From assembly GCA_964514965.1 (NCBI GenBank), contig CAZETV010000001.1, forward strand, positions 480,001-512,000: 32,000 nucleotides of DNA, in the 5' to 3' direction. The translations under genes and the position numbers were made by a program. The stretch comes from Candidatus Hadarchaeota archaeon (GTDB lineage: Archaea > Hadarchaeota > Hadarchaeia > Hadarchaeales > Hadarchaeaceae). The notes under the pieces are model-generated. The model searched no databases, was not told where the DNA came from, and saw nothing but the letters and a program-made list of their open reading frames with translations. Below, one piece after another: positions 1-9,024 of the stretch. The stretch's first letter is position 1. Each line of letters opens with the position of its first letter.

Positions 1-120
1 GAGCCTCTCGCCGTAGACTTGTGTGCCTGGAGCTAGATTTACAGTTGCAAGCTTGCGCGTCCCATCTTCAAGCTTAACCCAGTAGACCCCAGCAAAGCGT
101 TTGTGTTCGGTTACTTTCAT
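1..120 (-). CDS. flpA: Fibrillarin-like rRNA/tRNA 2'-O-methyltransferase, N-terminal fragment running off the window
   Basis: Reverse-strand reading gives [40 protein letters not shown], which matches the fibrillarin N-terminus. ATGA overlap with the upstream nop5 stop. Confidence 0.9.
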   Translation of the reverse strand, partial: MKVTEHKRFAGVYWVKLEDGTRKLATVNLAPGTQVYGERL

Positions 121-1271
121 TTTCTCGGCTCCTTATATTTCGCCTTGATATCAGCTATACGCGCCTTCAAGTCAGCGACAAGCTTGTCCCCCACAAACTC
201 ACCCGACATCGCGTCGACGCGCGCGGCTATGGATAGTTTTCCTGCGAGGGCACGAGCTATCTTTCCCCGCTGCCACTTAGGCGCTCCCCGGACCTCAGGG
301 TACTGATAGATTACGCCGTGCTTTGGGGGCCTCGCTTGAGAACGGAGCGCCCTGAAGAGAGCTTTTTCCGCCCCGAGTACCTGAAGTGTGCTCGCGGGCG
401 AACGAGAAAGTTTCTTCAAACCACCCGCTAGTGAAATAAGCCTTGCACCAACCGAGCCACCGACGACCGTTCGCAGATTTGGCGCCACTTGGGCCATCAA
501 CCCATCGATATATTCGGCTATTCGCTCCCGGAACTCGTATAAGGAGAACACCTCTCGTGCACACCCCTGCAGTATTTTGATATCGAGTTCGTCGAATGGG
601 GCGCCTAAGGAATTCATTGCAGCCTCGGCTATTTGCGCCGCGTTTTCATCTGATAATTCAATCACGCTCTTCACCGCAGCTTGAGTAAATCGCTCACGGG
701 AGCCCAATTCTAAGATGAGTTTCAGGTATTTTTGATGCTCAACAACAAATCTGTCGAGCTCGGGGAAGTGGGTAGAGTACCACTCGCGTATTAAGCCAGA
801 AAGGATGTTTGTGAACTTATCAAACTCATTAAGCATGCCTATAGCTTGGATGACTAGCTTGTCTCGCTCGGCTGCCTCCTCCCGGAGCTTTTGCCGCGTG
901 AGGATGAATGTTACTTCCCGGGCAAGCTTGTCTGACTCCTTAAATCCCACCTCTTTAGCTATCTTTTTGAGCTTGGTACGTAGGAGTTCACCTGCAAGAT
1001 TCGGTAGCTGCACCTCGAACTTGGTACGTCGAAATTCCTTACGCAATTGTGAGACGAGCAATTCAGACTCTAGGGTAAATTCAAGGAAACCTTTCTTGAC
1101 TAGTTCAGCTATGATCTCGCGGTGCTCTTCCGTAGAAGCTCCCATCTGAACGCTCGCCAGCCGCCCGGCCACTTCGATTGCGTCCCGGGGGAACTGCTTC
1201 GACGCCAACATTCGCCCCTCATCATCGAACGCGAACACGCCTAACACACATTCAGCTATATGAACCGCCAT
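117..1271 (-). CDS. nop5: Nop5/Nop56-family box C/D sRNP protein
   Basis: 384 aa with Nop-domain motif [37 protein letters not shown] and [12 protein letters not shown]. Directly upstream of fibrillarin. Confidence 0.96.
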   Translation of the reverse strand: MAVHIAECVLGVFAFDDEGRMLASKQFPRDAIEVAGRLASVQMGASTEEHREIIAELVKKGFLEFTLESELLVSQLRKEFRRTKFEVQLPNLAGELLRTKLKKIAKEVGFKESDKLAREVTFILTRQKLREEAAERDKLVIQAIGMLNEFDKFTNILSGLIREWYSTHFPELDRFVVEHQKYLKLILELGSRERFTQAAVKSVIELSDENAAQIAEAAMNSLGAPFDELDIKILQGCAREVFSLYEFRERIAEYIDGLMAQVAPNLRTVVGGSVGARLISLAGGLKKLSRSPASTLQVLGAEKALFRALRSQARPPKHGVIYQYPEVRGAPKWQRGKIARALAGKLSIAARVDAMSGEFVGDKLVADLKARIADIKAKYKEPRK

Positions 1272-1488
1272 GTGCGCACCTGACTAAAAGTTAATTTAAA
1301 CTTCATAAAGCTTTAATAGAGGGGCCAAAGATTGCCTATCCTGCCTGTTTGAATCCTTTCCTCACCACATCTCTTAACAAACCGCTCGACATCCTCGCGC
1401 TTGGTGTAAGATATGCTATCAACCCCGCACAGAATTCAGCTGGGACGCAAGTGGTGAGAATGAGATTATAGTAATAAGACAGTAGGCC

Positions 1489-1752
1489 TCAATCAGACAT
1501 ACCAAACTTAACGATTTTGCCGTCAATGTTTTCGACCACACCGCAGAACCCTTTTGAATTTTTAGGCGCTCGAGCTGGCAAACCGTGGCGCCTTTTAATG
1601 CTAATATGCGCCGCCTCGATGTAAAGCCTAGCATCCTCGAAACTTTCGCACACACATTGGGCATAGCCATTTGACGTAGCCGAGATATCCTCAGATTCCC
1701 TGTCGCAGACATCACACTCGGCTCGCCAACCATTAGTGTGACGCAAAAACAC
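1489..1752 (-). CDS. Small hypothetical protein with paired cysteines (CDVC ... CVC)
   Basis: 87 aa ORF with CxxC and CxC motifs and GTG start. An overlapping 114 aa ORF exists in another frame, so the frame choice is tentative. Confidence 0.4.
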   Translation of the reverse strand: MFLRHTNGWRAECDVCDRESEDISATSNGYAQCVCESFEDARLYIEAAHISIKRRHGLPARAPKNSKGFCGVVENIDGKIVKFGMSD

Positions 1753-1807
1753 GGCGCCACCATTTTCCTTTTTAGGTAAGAGCGATTAAATATGAATTGG
1801 TGAAAAC

Positions 1808-2716
1808 GTGCAGAAGAAAACTGGTGAAAAAATCGTTGCTTTCGGCACTGAGCGCCTGAAGCGTGGATTCGCTAAGATGCAAAAGGGTGGCGTAATCATG
1901 GATGTCACGAACCCCGAACAGGCAATCATAGCTGAGGAGGCTGGAGCAGTAGCGGTAATGGCTTTGCAAGCGGTACCTGCCGACATTCGAGCAGCAGGTG
2001 GCGTCGCTCGCATGGCGGACCCAGCGATTGTTGAGGCAATCATGAATGCCGTCACCATCCCGGTTATGGCTAAATGCAGAATAGGCCACTTCGCGGAGGC
2101 GCAAGTTTTGGAAGCATTAGGAGTGGACATGATAGACGAAAGTGAAGTTCTTACTGTTGCTGACGAAGAAGCACATGTAGACAAACATAAATTTAAAGTT
2201 CCATTCGTTTGTGGCTCTTACGATTTGGGCCAAGCGCTGCGAAGAATAGACGAGGGAGCCGCGATGATCCGAACAAAAGGAGAAGCAGGTACTGGCAACG
2301 TAGTTGAAGCAGTCCGCCACATAAAGCTGACGAAAAAGCAGATAGCCGAGCTGGCTGGACTATCGCGCGATGGATTAGAGGAAAAAGCGCGGGAGTACCG
2401 GGTACCAGCTGAGTTGGTTGAAGAAACAGTAAAACTGAAACGTTTACCGGTGGTTTGGTTCGCGGCTGGGGGTATCGCGACGCCTTCTGACAGTGCGATG
2501 GTCCTGCAATTAGGTGTAGACGGAGTCTTCGTTGGGTCAGGTATCTTTAAAACAAGCGACCCATCACGTATGGCAAAAGCGATTGTAGAAGCAACGAGGT
2601 ACTATGATGATCCCCAAGTTTTGTTAGAAGTCAGCAAGGGGTTACCAAAAGCTATGCACGGAATAGACATCAAAAAGCTTAAGGAATCCGAGAAATTGCA
2701 GGCTAGAGGCGTCTAA
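1808..2716 (+). CDS. pdxS: Pyridoxal 5'-phosphate synthase, synthase subunit PdxS
   Basis: 302 aa containing [43 protein letters not shown]-like and RTKGEAGTG motifs. Followed by pdxT. Confidence 0.98.
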   Translation: MQKKTGEKIVAFGTERLKRGFAKMQKGGVIMDVTNPEQAIIAEEAGAVAVMALQAVPADIRAAGGVARMADPAIVEAIMNAVTIPVMAKCRIGHFAEAQVLEALGVDMIDESEVLTVADEEAHVDKHKFKVPFVCGSYDLGQALRRIDEGAAMIRTKGEAGTGNVVEAVRHIKLTKKQIAELAGLSRDGLEEKAREYRVPAELVEETVKLKRLPVVWFAAGGIATPSDSAMVLQLGVDGVFVGSGIFKTSDPSRMAKAIVEATRYYDDPQVLLEVSKGLPKAMHGIDIKKLKESEKLQARGV

Positions 2717-2749
2717 GAACACCCACTTTTTATAGATTAGTTTGGATAT

Positions 2750-3358
2750 GTGGCAATCGTGAAGATAGGCATTATTGGTCTCCAAGGCGCTGTGAGCGAG
2801 CACCTCGAGGCGGCGAAGCGGGCGATGCAAAAGCTCGGCATCGAAGGCGAGACTGTCTGGGCCAGCAGACTTAGTCAGTTTGAACGCATAGATGGCATCA
2901 TCATTCCCGGAGGAGAATCGACGACGATCAGCAAGCTCATGCTCAAGACGGGCCTTTTTGAGCGGGTCAAGCAGCTTGCAGCCGGTGGCACTCCAATCTT
3001 AGGCACTTGTGCTGGCCTCATCGTATTGGCCAAACGCGGGGACGAGCAAGTCATGCAAACTGGGCAGCCATTGTTGGAACTGATGGATATCTCCGTGATT
3101 CGGAATTCTTTCGGGAGGCAGCGCGAGTCATTTGAGGTAAATTTGGAGATTCCAGTTTTGGGTGAGAGGCCCTATAGCGCAGTCTTCATCCGAGCACCAT
3201 CTGTCGAGAAAGTTTGGGGGAATACTCAAGTCTTGGCCAAGTTTCAAGAAAAAATCGTCGCGGTGCAACAAGACAACTTGCTTGCGGTGGCTTTTCATCC
3301 AGAACTCACATCCGACACACGATTGCACGAGTATTTCCTACAGATGTGTCAAAGATAA
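2750..3358 (+). CDS. pdxT: Pyridoxal 5'-phosphate synthase glutaminase subunit PdxT
   Basis: 202 aa; IGIIGLQGAVSEH, PGGESTTI, GTCAGLI, AFHPELT motifs of the class I amidotransferase PdxT. Confidence 0.97.
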   Translation: MAIVKIGIIGLQGAVSEHLEAAKRAMQKLGIEGETVWASRLSQFERIDGIIIPGGESTTISKLMLKTGLFERVKQLAAGGTPILGTCAGLIVLAKRGDEQVMQTGQPLLELMDISVIRNSFGRQRESFEVNLEIPVLGERPYSAVFIRAPSVEKVWGNTQVLAKFQEKIVAVQQDNLLAVAFHPELTSDTRLHEYFLQMCQR

Positions 3359-3410
3359 ATCAAGGAAAAGGAAATTAAACTAGTCGCGCTAAATAATTTA
3401 GGGCGGATGA

Positions 3411-3833
3411 ATGAACTTACGTTGCCCCAAAAATGTGCATTTTGAGTGTCAGCGATGCGCCAAGTGCTGCGGCGATGGTTCACACCGTGGACGAAATATC
3501 TTGTTGATAAAATCCGAAGTCAAACAGATATCCCAAGCAACAGGACTAAGACCGCTCTCATTTGCCTCTCGCTCATTAAGTATTCAGCCCTACCGCTACA
3601 GGATGAAAAAACGAGGCGGGAAGTGCGTCTTCCTTGATGGAAAAGCTTGTAGGATTTACAACATCAGGCCCCTCATCTGCCGCTTTTACCCGTTCTCGCT
3701 CAAAAGGGGCAACAACGGCTATAAGTTCGAGGTTTCGGAGGAGTGTCCGGGTATCGGTCTTGGGGATGCCTCAAAAGAGAGTGACTTTGAGAGAATGTTT
3801 GAAGACGCGCAAAGAGTATTACAAACTTCATAG
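3411..3833 (+). CDS. YkgJ-type cysteine-cluster (putative Zn/Fe-S) protein
   Basis: 140 aa; FECQRCAKCCGDG ... CVFLDGKACRIYNIRPLICRFYPF is characteristic of the CxxCxxCC family. Confidence 0.85.
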   Translation: MNLRCPKNVHFECQRCAKCCGDGSHRGRNILLIKSEVKQISQATGLRPLSFASRSLSIQPYRYRMKKRGGKCVFLDGKACRIYNIRPLICRFYPFSLKRGNNGYKFEVSEECPGIGLGDASKESDFERMFEDAQRVLQTS

Positions 3834-3962
3834 CATTATTTTTTCACCGCTTTCACTAACTTTTTCTTAACAATTTCATTTACTGCTTTTTTGCGGCAAC
3901 TCCTTTCTCTAATGTCGAGTATTTTTTTCTCCACTCAAAGGTTCTCAAGCTAAAAATTATCT

Positions 3963-4286
3963 GTGGGCCCCATCACAAGTCTTTTGAATACTGCCACCAA
4001 ATTACAAACTGGTGTATGTATGCAAGAATTTCCAGAGTTCGTCGAAGAAGAGGAAGAAGAAAACTGGCCAGCGACGATAAGGTTGGAGATAATTGAGTAT
4101 ATTCTACGTCGCCACGGTGCTCTTCGTGCCCCAGACCTAGCGCATATCTTAGATTGGAAAGTTCGAGAAATTAATCGCGTGCTTCGCCAGCTCGAGAGCT
4201 CCGGCCGCGCGAAGCGCATGAAGCTAGGGAAGAACTATGTTTGGTCTTCGATTGAGGAGCCGCACCTAACGCCCATGCATTACTAG
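3963..4286 (+). CDS. Small winged-helix/HTH-like protein
   Basis: 107 aa. C-terminal half IEYILRRHGALRAPDLAHILDWKVREINRVLRQLESSGRAKRMKLGKNYVW looks like a wHTH. The start may really be ATG at 4020. Confidence 0.6.
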   Translation: MGPITSLLNTATKLQTGVCMQEFPEFVEEEEEENWPATIRLEIIEYILRRHGALRAPDLAHILDWKVREINRVLRQLESSGRAKRMKLGKNYVWSSIEEPHLTPMHY

Positions 4287-4431
4287 GCAAATCGTGCCCT
4301 AGATTGACTTTTCCGTACTTTTGATCCTTGAGCAACCGAGCGATTTGGTTAAACTACAATTTGGCGGAAGCGTCCCGATAAAAAGACCTAAACTTTTATT
4401 GCTCGTCGGGTGATGCTTTTAGCGTGGTCGG

Positions 4432-4866
4432 ATGGTCAGAATGATTAACATCGAATCAAAACCATCAGTACCCCGAGTGGCGAAGGCAGGCGGTTTTATC
4501 CATTTGAAACCCGAAACACTCAAAAAAATCGAGGCAAGCGAGGTGCCCAAAGGCGATGTGCTAGCAGTTGCTCAGACTGCCGCGATTTTGGCGGTCAAGC
4601 GCACCTCGGAACTCATTCCTTTAACCCACCAAATTACAATTACAGGCACTGATGTAATTTTTAAGCTGGAGAAGGAAGGGATTCGCGCTGAGGTTGAAGT
4701 GAAAAGCACGGGACAAACCGGCGTCGAGATGGAAGCATTGGTTGGCGTAACGAGTGCACTGCTCACAATCTGGGACATGATAAAAAGCTTGGAGAAAGAT
4801 GCGGCAGGACAGTACCCCGTGACTTCAATCGACGACATTCGTGTGTTAAAGAAGGTGAAAGGTTGA
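4432..4866 (+). CDS. moaC: Cyclic pyranopterin monophosphate synthase MoaC
   Basis: 144 aa; VPKGDVLAVAQTAAILAVKRTSELIPLTHQI and TGVEMEALVGVTSALLTIWDMIKSLEKD motifs. Confidence 0.97.
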   Translation: MVRMINIESKPSVPRVAKAGGFIHLKPETLKKIEASEVPKGDVLAVAQTAAILAVKRTSELIPLTHQITITGTDVIFKLEKEGIRAEVEVKSTGQTGVEMEALVGVTSALLTIWDMIKSLEKDAAGQYPVTSIDDIRVLKKVKG

Positions 4867-5378
4867 GTGGAATCGAACATCGCAGGGGGGCACCAACACA
4901 CCTGAGGATAGCGGTTCTTGTCGTGAGCGATACTCGGGCGGCGGCCATACGTAAGGGACGTGATGAAGACGTTACCGGAAAGCTCATCGAACAAAGCGCG
5001 CGAGAAGCCGGGCACGAGACGACTAGATCAATAGTCCCAGATGATTCACGCAAGATAAAAAAAGCTGTCCAAGAGTTCATCGCGGACAAAAAAATCGATG
5101 TCGTGATAACTACGGGCGGCACTGGCATAACAAAGCGTGATGTCACAATTAAAACATTAAGCCCGCTCTTCGAAAAGGAGTTGCCGGGGTTTGGTGAAAT
5201 TCTGCGACGCATCGGCTATGAAAAAGTCGGCACGGCGGCGCTTCTGACCTTGAGTACCGCCGGCCTCATAAGGCGAAAGCTGGTTTTTTGCTTGCCCGGG
5301 GCCCCAAATGCGGCAGAGGTCGCGATGAAAATAATCCTTCCCGAGTTGGGGCACATCATCAAGCACGCACGTGAGTGA
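4863..5378 (+). CDS. moaB: Molybdopterin adenylyltransferase MoaB/MogA family
   Basis: 171 aa; VLVVSDTR, DVVITTGGTGITKRDVT, LPGAPNAAEVAM motifs. ATGA overlap with moaC. Confidence 0.94.
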   Translation: MSGIEHRRGAPTHLRIAVLVVSDTRAAAIRKGRDEDVTGKLIEQSAREAGHETTRSIVPDDSRKIKKAVQEFIADKKIDVVITTGGTGITKRDVTIKTLSPLFEKELPGFGEILRRIGYEKVGTAALLTLSTAGLIRRKLVFCLPGAPNAAEVAMKIILPELGHIIKHARE

Positions 5379-6612
5379 GATGCAAGTTCGAATGCGGGGC
5401 TTTGCTCACTATACCAAGCTTGGAGATGCCCTGAAGCTCGTGCTTTCGCGAGTGAAACCTTTGAGTTCTGAGATAATCTCGTTCGATAAAGCGTTAGGGC
5501 GCGTGCTGGCCGAAGATGTCGTCTCAAAGATAGATGTCCCTCCCTTCAATCGCTCGGCCGTCGATGGTTACGCTGTTCGCGCGGCTGATGTATTTACGGC
5601 TAGTGAGACAAAACCAAAAAGACTTCGAATAATCTGGTCTGCGAAAATTGGAGTTCCAACCAAACTTTGTGTGCAAAAAGGAGAGGCAATCAAACTTATG
5701 ACTGGGGCACCAATGCCCCACGGCGCAGATGCAGTCGTAATGGTCGAACACACCAAAATCGAGAAAAAACGAATAGCTGTGCTGGTACCGCTCACACCCA
5801 ACAAGAATGTTTCAGCGCGGGGGGAGGATGTTCGCGCGGGCGATGTAGTGCTAAGGCGCGGGCAGCAACTCAGACCTCAAGATATCGGCATGCTTTCGTC
5901 AATCAGCCATCTCAAGGTGCCAGTTTTTCTTAAACCGAAAGTTGCGATTATCGTGACCGGACCCGAACTCAGGCGTCCAGGCAAACGACTAAAACCAGGC
6001 CAAATTACGGACATTAACAGGTACTCTTTATCCGCGGGGGTTACAAACTGCGGCGGCCTAGCGAATCCGCTCGGCATCACCTCTGACAAACCACAAGCGA
6101 TGCGCCGTGTGCTACAAACAGCACTGAAAAATGATGTGGTCCTTATTTCGGGCGGAAGTTCAGTGGGAGAACATGATATCGCCCCCGACATTGTTACCGA
6201 ACTTGGAGAGCTGCTTTTCCATGGTGTCGCCTTACGTCCCGGTGGCCCAACCGCATTTGGCGTGGTTCGGGGTAAGCCAGTGTTCTGTCTAGCTGGTTTT
6301 CCTGTTGCATCGCTGGTTGCTTTCGATATGTTGGTCAGACCCGCGATTTGGGCGATGCAGGGGCTGCCTCCGGATTGGGGATGCCTAAGGGTTCAGGCGA
6401 AGCTGACACGTAAGGTTGCCTCAAACTTGGGGCGCGTGGATGTGGTGCGGGTGCGGGTCCGGAGTGAGGCGGATGAACTTTTGGCTGAGCCAATCCGAAT
6501 CACAGGGTCAAGCATCCTGAGCTCGATGACGCGCGCTAATGGCTTTTTCTTGATTCCTGAAGATGTGGAAGGGTTTGGAAAGGATACTGTCATAGAGGTT
6601 GAACTTTATTAA
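5371..6612 (+). CDS. moeA: Molybdopterin molybdenumtransferase MoeA (copy 1)
   Basis: 413 aa; RVLAEDVVSKIDVPPFNRSAVDGYAV, TGAPMPHGADAVVMVE, SGGSSVGEHD, FCLAGFPVASLVAFD motifs. Confidence 0.97.
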   Translation: MSEMQVRMRGFAHYTKLGDALKLVLSRVKPLSSEIISFDKALGRVLAEDVVSKIDVPPFNRSAVDGYAVRAADVFTASETKPKRLRIIWSAKIGVPTKLCVQKGEAIKLMTGAPMPHGADAVVMVEHTKIEKKRIAVLVPLTPNKNVSARGEDVRAGDVVLRRGQQLRPQDIGMLSSISHLKVPVFLKPKVAIIVTGPELRRPGKRLKPGQITDINRYSLSAGVTNCGGLANPLGITSDKPQAMRRVLQTALKNDVVLISGGSSVGEHDIAPDIVTELGELLFHGVALRPGGPTAFGVVRGKPVFCLAGFPVASLVAFDMLVRPAIWAMQGLPPDWGCLRVQAKLTRKVASNLGRVDVVRVRVRSEADELLAEPIRITGSSILSSMTRANGFFLIPEDVEGFGKDTVIEVELY

Positions 6613-6799
6613 CCGAGCGTTTGATTACGTTAAGGAGCGTGATTTCGTGACAGGAAAGATTGAGGACATGGCAGCTGATTTAATCGCAGAGCTCAGGAAT
6701 CGACTCGACGAGCTTGAGCGCCGAGTTTCTTCCCTTGAGCTATCGCTGGGAAAAGCCCAGCTACCCAACCATGACAACAAGATTGAGTCGAAGCGTTAA
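6599..6799 (+). CDS. Small coiled-coil-like hypothetical protein
   Basis: About 66 aa, TTG start overlapping the moeA stop, with heptad-like IAELRNRLDELERRVSSLELSLG. Located between moeA and the ATPase. Confidence 0.45.
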   Translation: MNFINRAFDYVKERDFVTGKIEDMAADLIAELRNRLDELERRVSSLELSLGKAQLPNHDNKIESKR

Positions 6800-6813
6800 A
6801 GCAGGTAAGGATT

Positions 6814-9024
6814 ATGACGCTTCGGATCTATCGTTCCGGCCCACTTCAGGTCGCAGAAATAGAGTGTCATGGTTGCAAAGGGCTGAGTTCACTCGAAGAT
6901 AAGCGTTGCCGCGCCTGCGTGCTCAAGCAGCTCGGTGCGCAAAACTTGGTAGATCAAGTTACCCTTCGCCGGGCCTATAAACGAGTGTACTGTTCGAGCG
7001 AACTATCAAAACTCGCCAAAACCCTAGCTGTTATCAAACAGCTCATTTTCGACCGTGCATCCTATACTGCAAGTGAGAAAGACAAGTGCAAAGGTTGCGT
7101 AGATAAACGATGCAGAGAATTGACCGAACTATGGGAAAAAATTATAGAGACACCACATGATTTTTCACCGATTGAGAAATTAGTGAAAAAAAACAGTAAA
7201 CTTAAAGGCGAATGTGCGAAATGCACCGAACGTTATTTCCTAAAACTTATCGCGAGCGCAAGGACAGGATTGGCGAGTATTACAACAATTCAAAACGCTG
7301 ACAAAATTGATTACGAGGCGGTTTTTGCGGCACGGGTGATGCCTTTTTTCGTCGAGGGAATTTGTCATCCACCAAAGCACAGATTAAAACTGCTAGAGAC
7401 TTATGAGTTAGCCGAGCGGCGAGGCATTGTGCGAATCTATGAACAACTTGACCGTCCGCTGCCTTTCTACCAACTTGACCTTCCAGAATTCAAGATGCCC
7501 GCGGAGCACCTCCAGTTGCTGGATGATGCATATAAATTTGAGACGAAGACCAAACCAGGACACGCCCGTTTTGCTTTCCCAACGCGAATCTCGGGGTTCC
7601 TCGACGATTGGTACAATGTTTTGCTACATATCCTTCGGGAGCGCTCGGATGTCAAAATTCCCTCTGGTAAGCTTAGGGAACTAGCCAAGCAGATGTCCAG
7701 CTGGCTCACTTACCGATGGCTTGAACCACTCAGTTACGATGACAAACTAACCGACATTTACATCCCCGCACCGCCCGAGCTTCAGCCGATTCGAGTCGTC
7801 CACGAACGTTGGGATATGTGCGAGACTGGTATTCATTGGACGACGCCAGCTCTGTTGGGGTTTGGAGAAACGCTCGCTTCACGCCTTGCAACGTCTTTCG
7901 ATGAAGTCCGTCCGCAGTTGGACATTGAAATCCCCAAGCTTGGAATGCGATTATTTCTGAGTCGATACCCGGCGATATGGTCGAGGAGCATCGCGATATC
8001 TGCTAGGAAGCGCCGCCGACGAGCTTGGACTCAACCACTCTTCCTTGAGCGGAGCACACTCACACCTCTCGCCAGCTCGCTCGTGAGCAACCTCGTTCGG
8101 CGAGGTGCTTCAGCTTTTATAATAGGCGAGATGGGAAGTGCAAAGACCAGCGAAGTCGAGACGCTAGTGCCCGAGATAGGCCCCCACCAACGCATCATAG
8201 CGTTTCAGGATACGGAGGAACTCCACCTTGAGGAGTTCGTCACACATGGTTACTCAATCGAAAATGTACGAATTACCGATGCGGGTCATCTCCAACGCCA
8301 AATTGATGCCTTCCTTAGAGGGGGTGCTGCATACTGGCTCATCACAGAGGTACGGGCGATGGAGGCGGTTAGAGCAGCTTTGGGGGCGGCAACGCGGCAG
8401 GGAAGTCAACCAATCGTAAGCAGCTTTCATGCCCGCTCGAAGCAAGAGATGTTTGATCTGGTGTGCCGCATCATGGGATTGCATGACGCAGCTTACAAAT
8501 ACGTTGATCTTATTGTCAGCACCGCTCGATTTTCCACTCCCACCGGCACCATTAGACGAGTGATAGAGGTGGCTGAAGTACTCAAAGATTGGGAAAACAA
8601 ACCGAAATATGCCGAGCTTTTCACCGACGACCGCCAGCGAGATTTGCTCGTGCCAAGAAATTTTCTTTGCGGTGATAAGCACCTTCTCGAGTGCTTGAAC
8701 TCCTTTGACCTCTCAAAACTCAATGTTCTAGATGCTACACAAAGATTGGACTTCTTGCCACCTGAAAAAGGCGGAAGTCAACTTGTGCCCAAGATGTGCA
8801 AGAGGTTCGCGATAGATGAGCAAGAATTCCTAACGGGGATTCTCGCAGAGGCTAAAATGAAATCTGACTTGCTTTGTTTGGCCCGAAGCACTGGCAATAT
8901 GGATTATCTTGAGCTACCATTCGTGAGTCGCGCCTACGACGCTTACTTCTCTTTCGTTAAAGAAAATGACCCAGAGTACGAGCGCGTTCTAACAAGGTGG
9001 AAAAGTTGGTTGAAGACTCTTTAA
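6814..9024 (+). CDS. Archaeal type II/IV secretion system (TadA/GspE-like) ATPase with Cys-rich N-terminal region
   Basis: 736 aa. Contains ADIYIPAPPE-like N2 region, Walker A-like GEMGSAKTS, Asp-box FQDTEEL, Walker B-like AYWLITEVRAMEA, His-box SSFHARSKQEMFDLV. N-terminus has CHGC, CRAC, CKGC, CAKC. Confidence 0.88.
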   Translation: MTLRIYRSGPLQVAEIECHGCKGLSSLEDKRCRACVLKQLGAQNLVDQVTLRRAYKRVYCSSELSKLAKTLAVIKQLIFDRASYTASEKDKCKGCVDKRCRELTELWEKIIETPHDFSPIEKLVKKNSKLKGECAKCTERYFLKLIASARTGLASITTIQNADKIDYEAVFAARVMPFFVEGICHPPKHRLKLLETYELAERRGIVRIYEQLDRPLPFYQLDLPEFKMPAEHLQLLDDAYKFETKTKPGHARFAFPTRISGFLDDWYNVLLHILRERSDVKIPSGKLRELAKQMSSWLTYRWLEPLSYDDKLTDIYIPAPPELQPIRVVHERWDMCETGIHWTTPALLGFGETLASRLATSFDEVRPQLDIEIPKLGMRLFLSRYPAIWSRSIAISARKRRRRAWTQPLFLERSTLTPLASSLVSNLVRRGASAFIIGEMGSAKTSEVETLVPEIGPHQRIIAFQDTEELHLEEFVTHGYSIENVRITDAGHLQRQIDAFLRGGAAYWLITEVRAMEAVRAALGAATRQGSQPIVSSFHARSKQEMFDLVCRIMGLHDAAYKYVDLIVSTARFSTPTGTIRRVIEVAEVLKDWENKPKYAELFTDDRQRDLLVPRNFLCGDKHLLECLNSFDLSKLNVLDATQRLDFLPPEKGGSQLVPKMCKRFAIDEQEFLTGILAEAKMKSDLLCLARSTGNMDYLELPFVSRAYDAYFSFVKENDPEYERVLTRWKSWLKTL

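Noticed and set aside
8254-8682. 142 aa minus-strand ORF inside the secretion ATPase
   Set aside because: Antisense to strongly supported coding sequence (Walker/His boxes). Shadow ORF.
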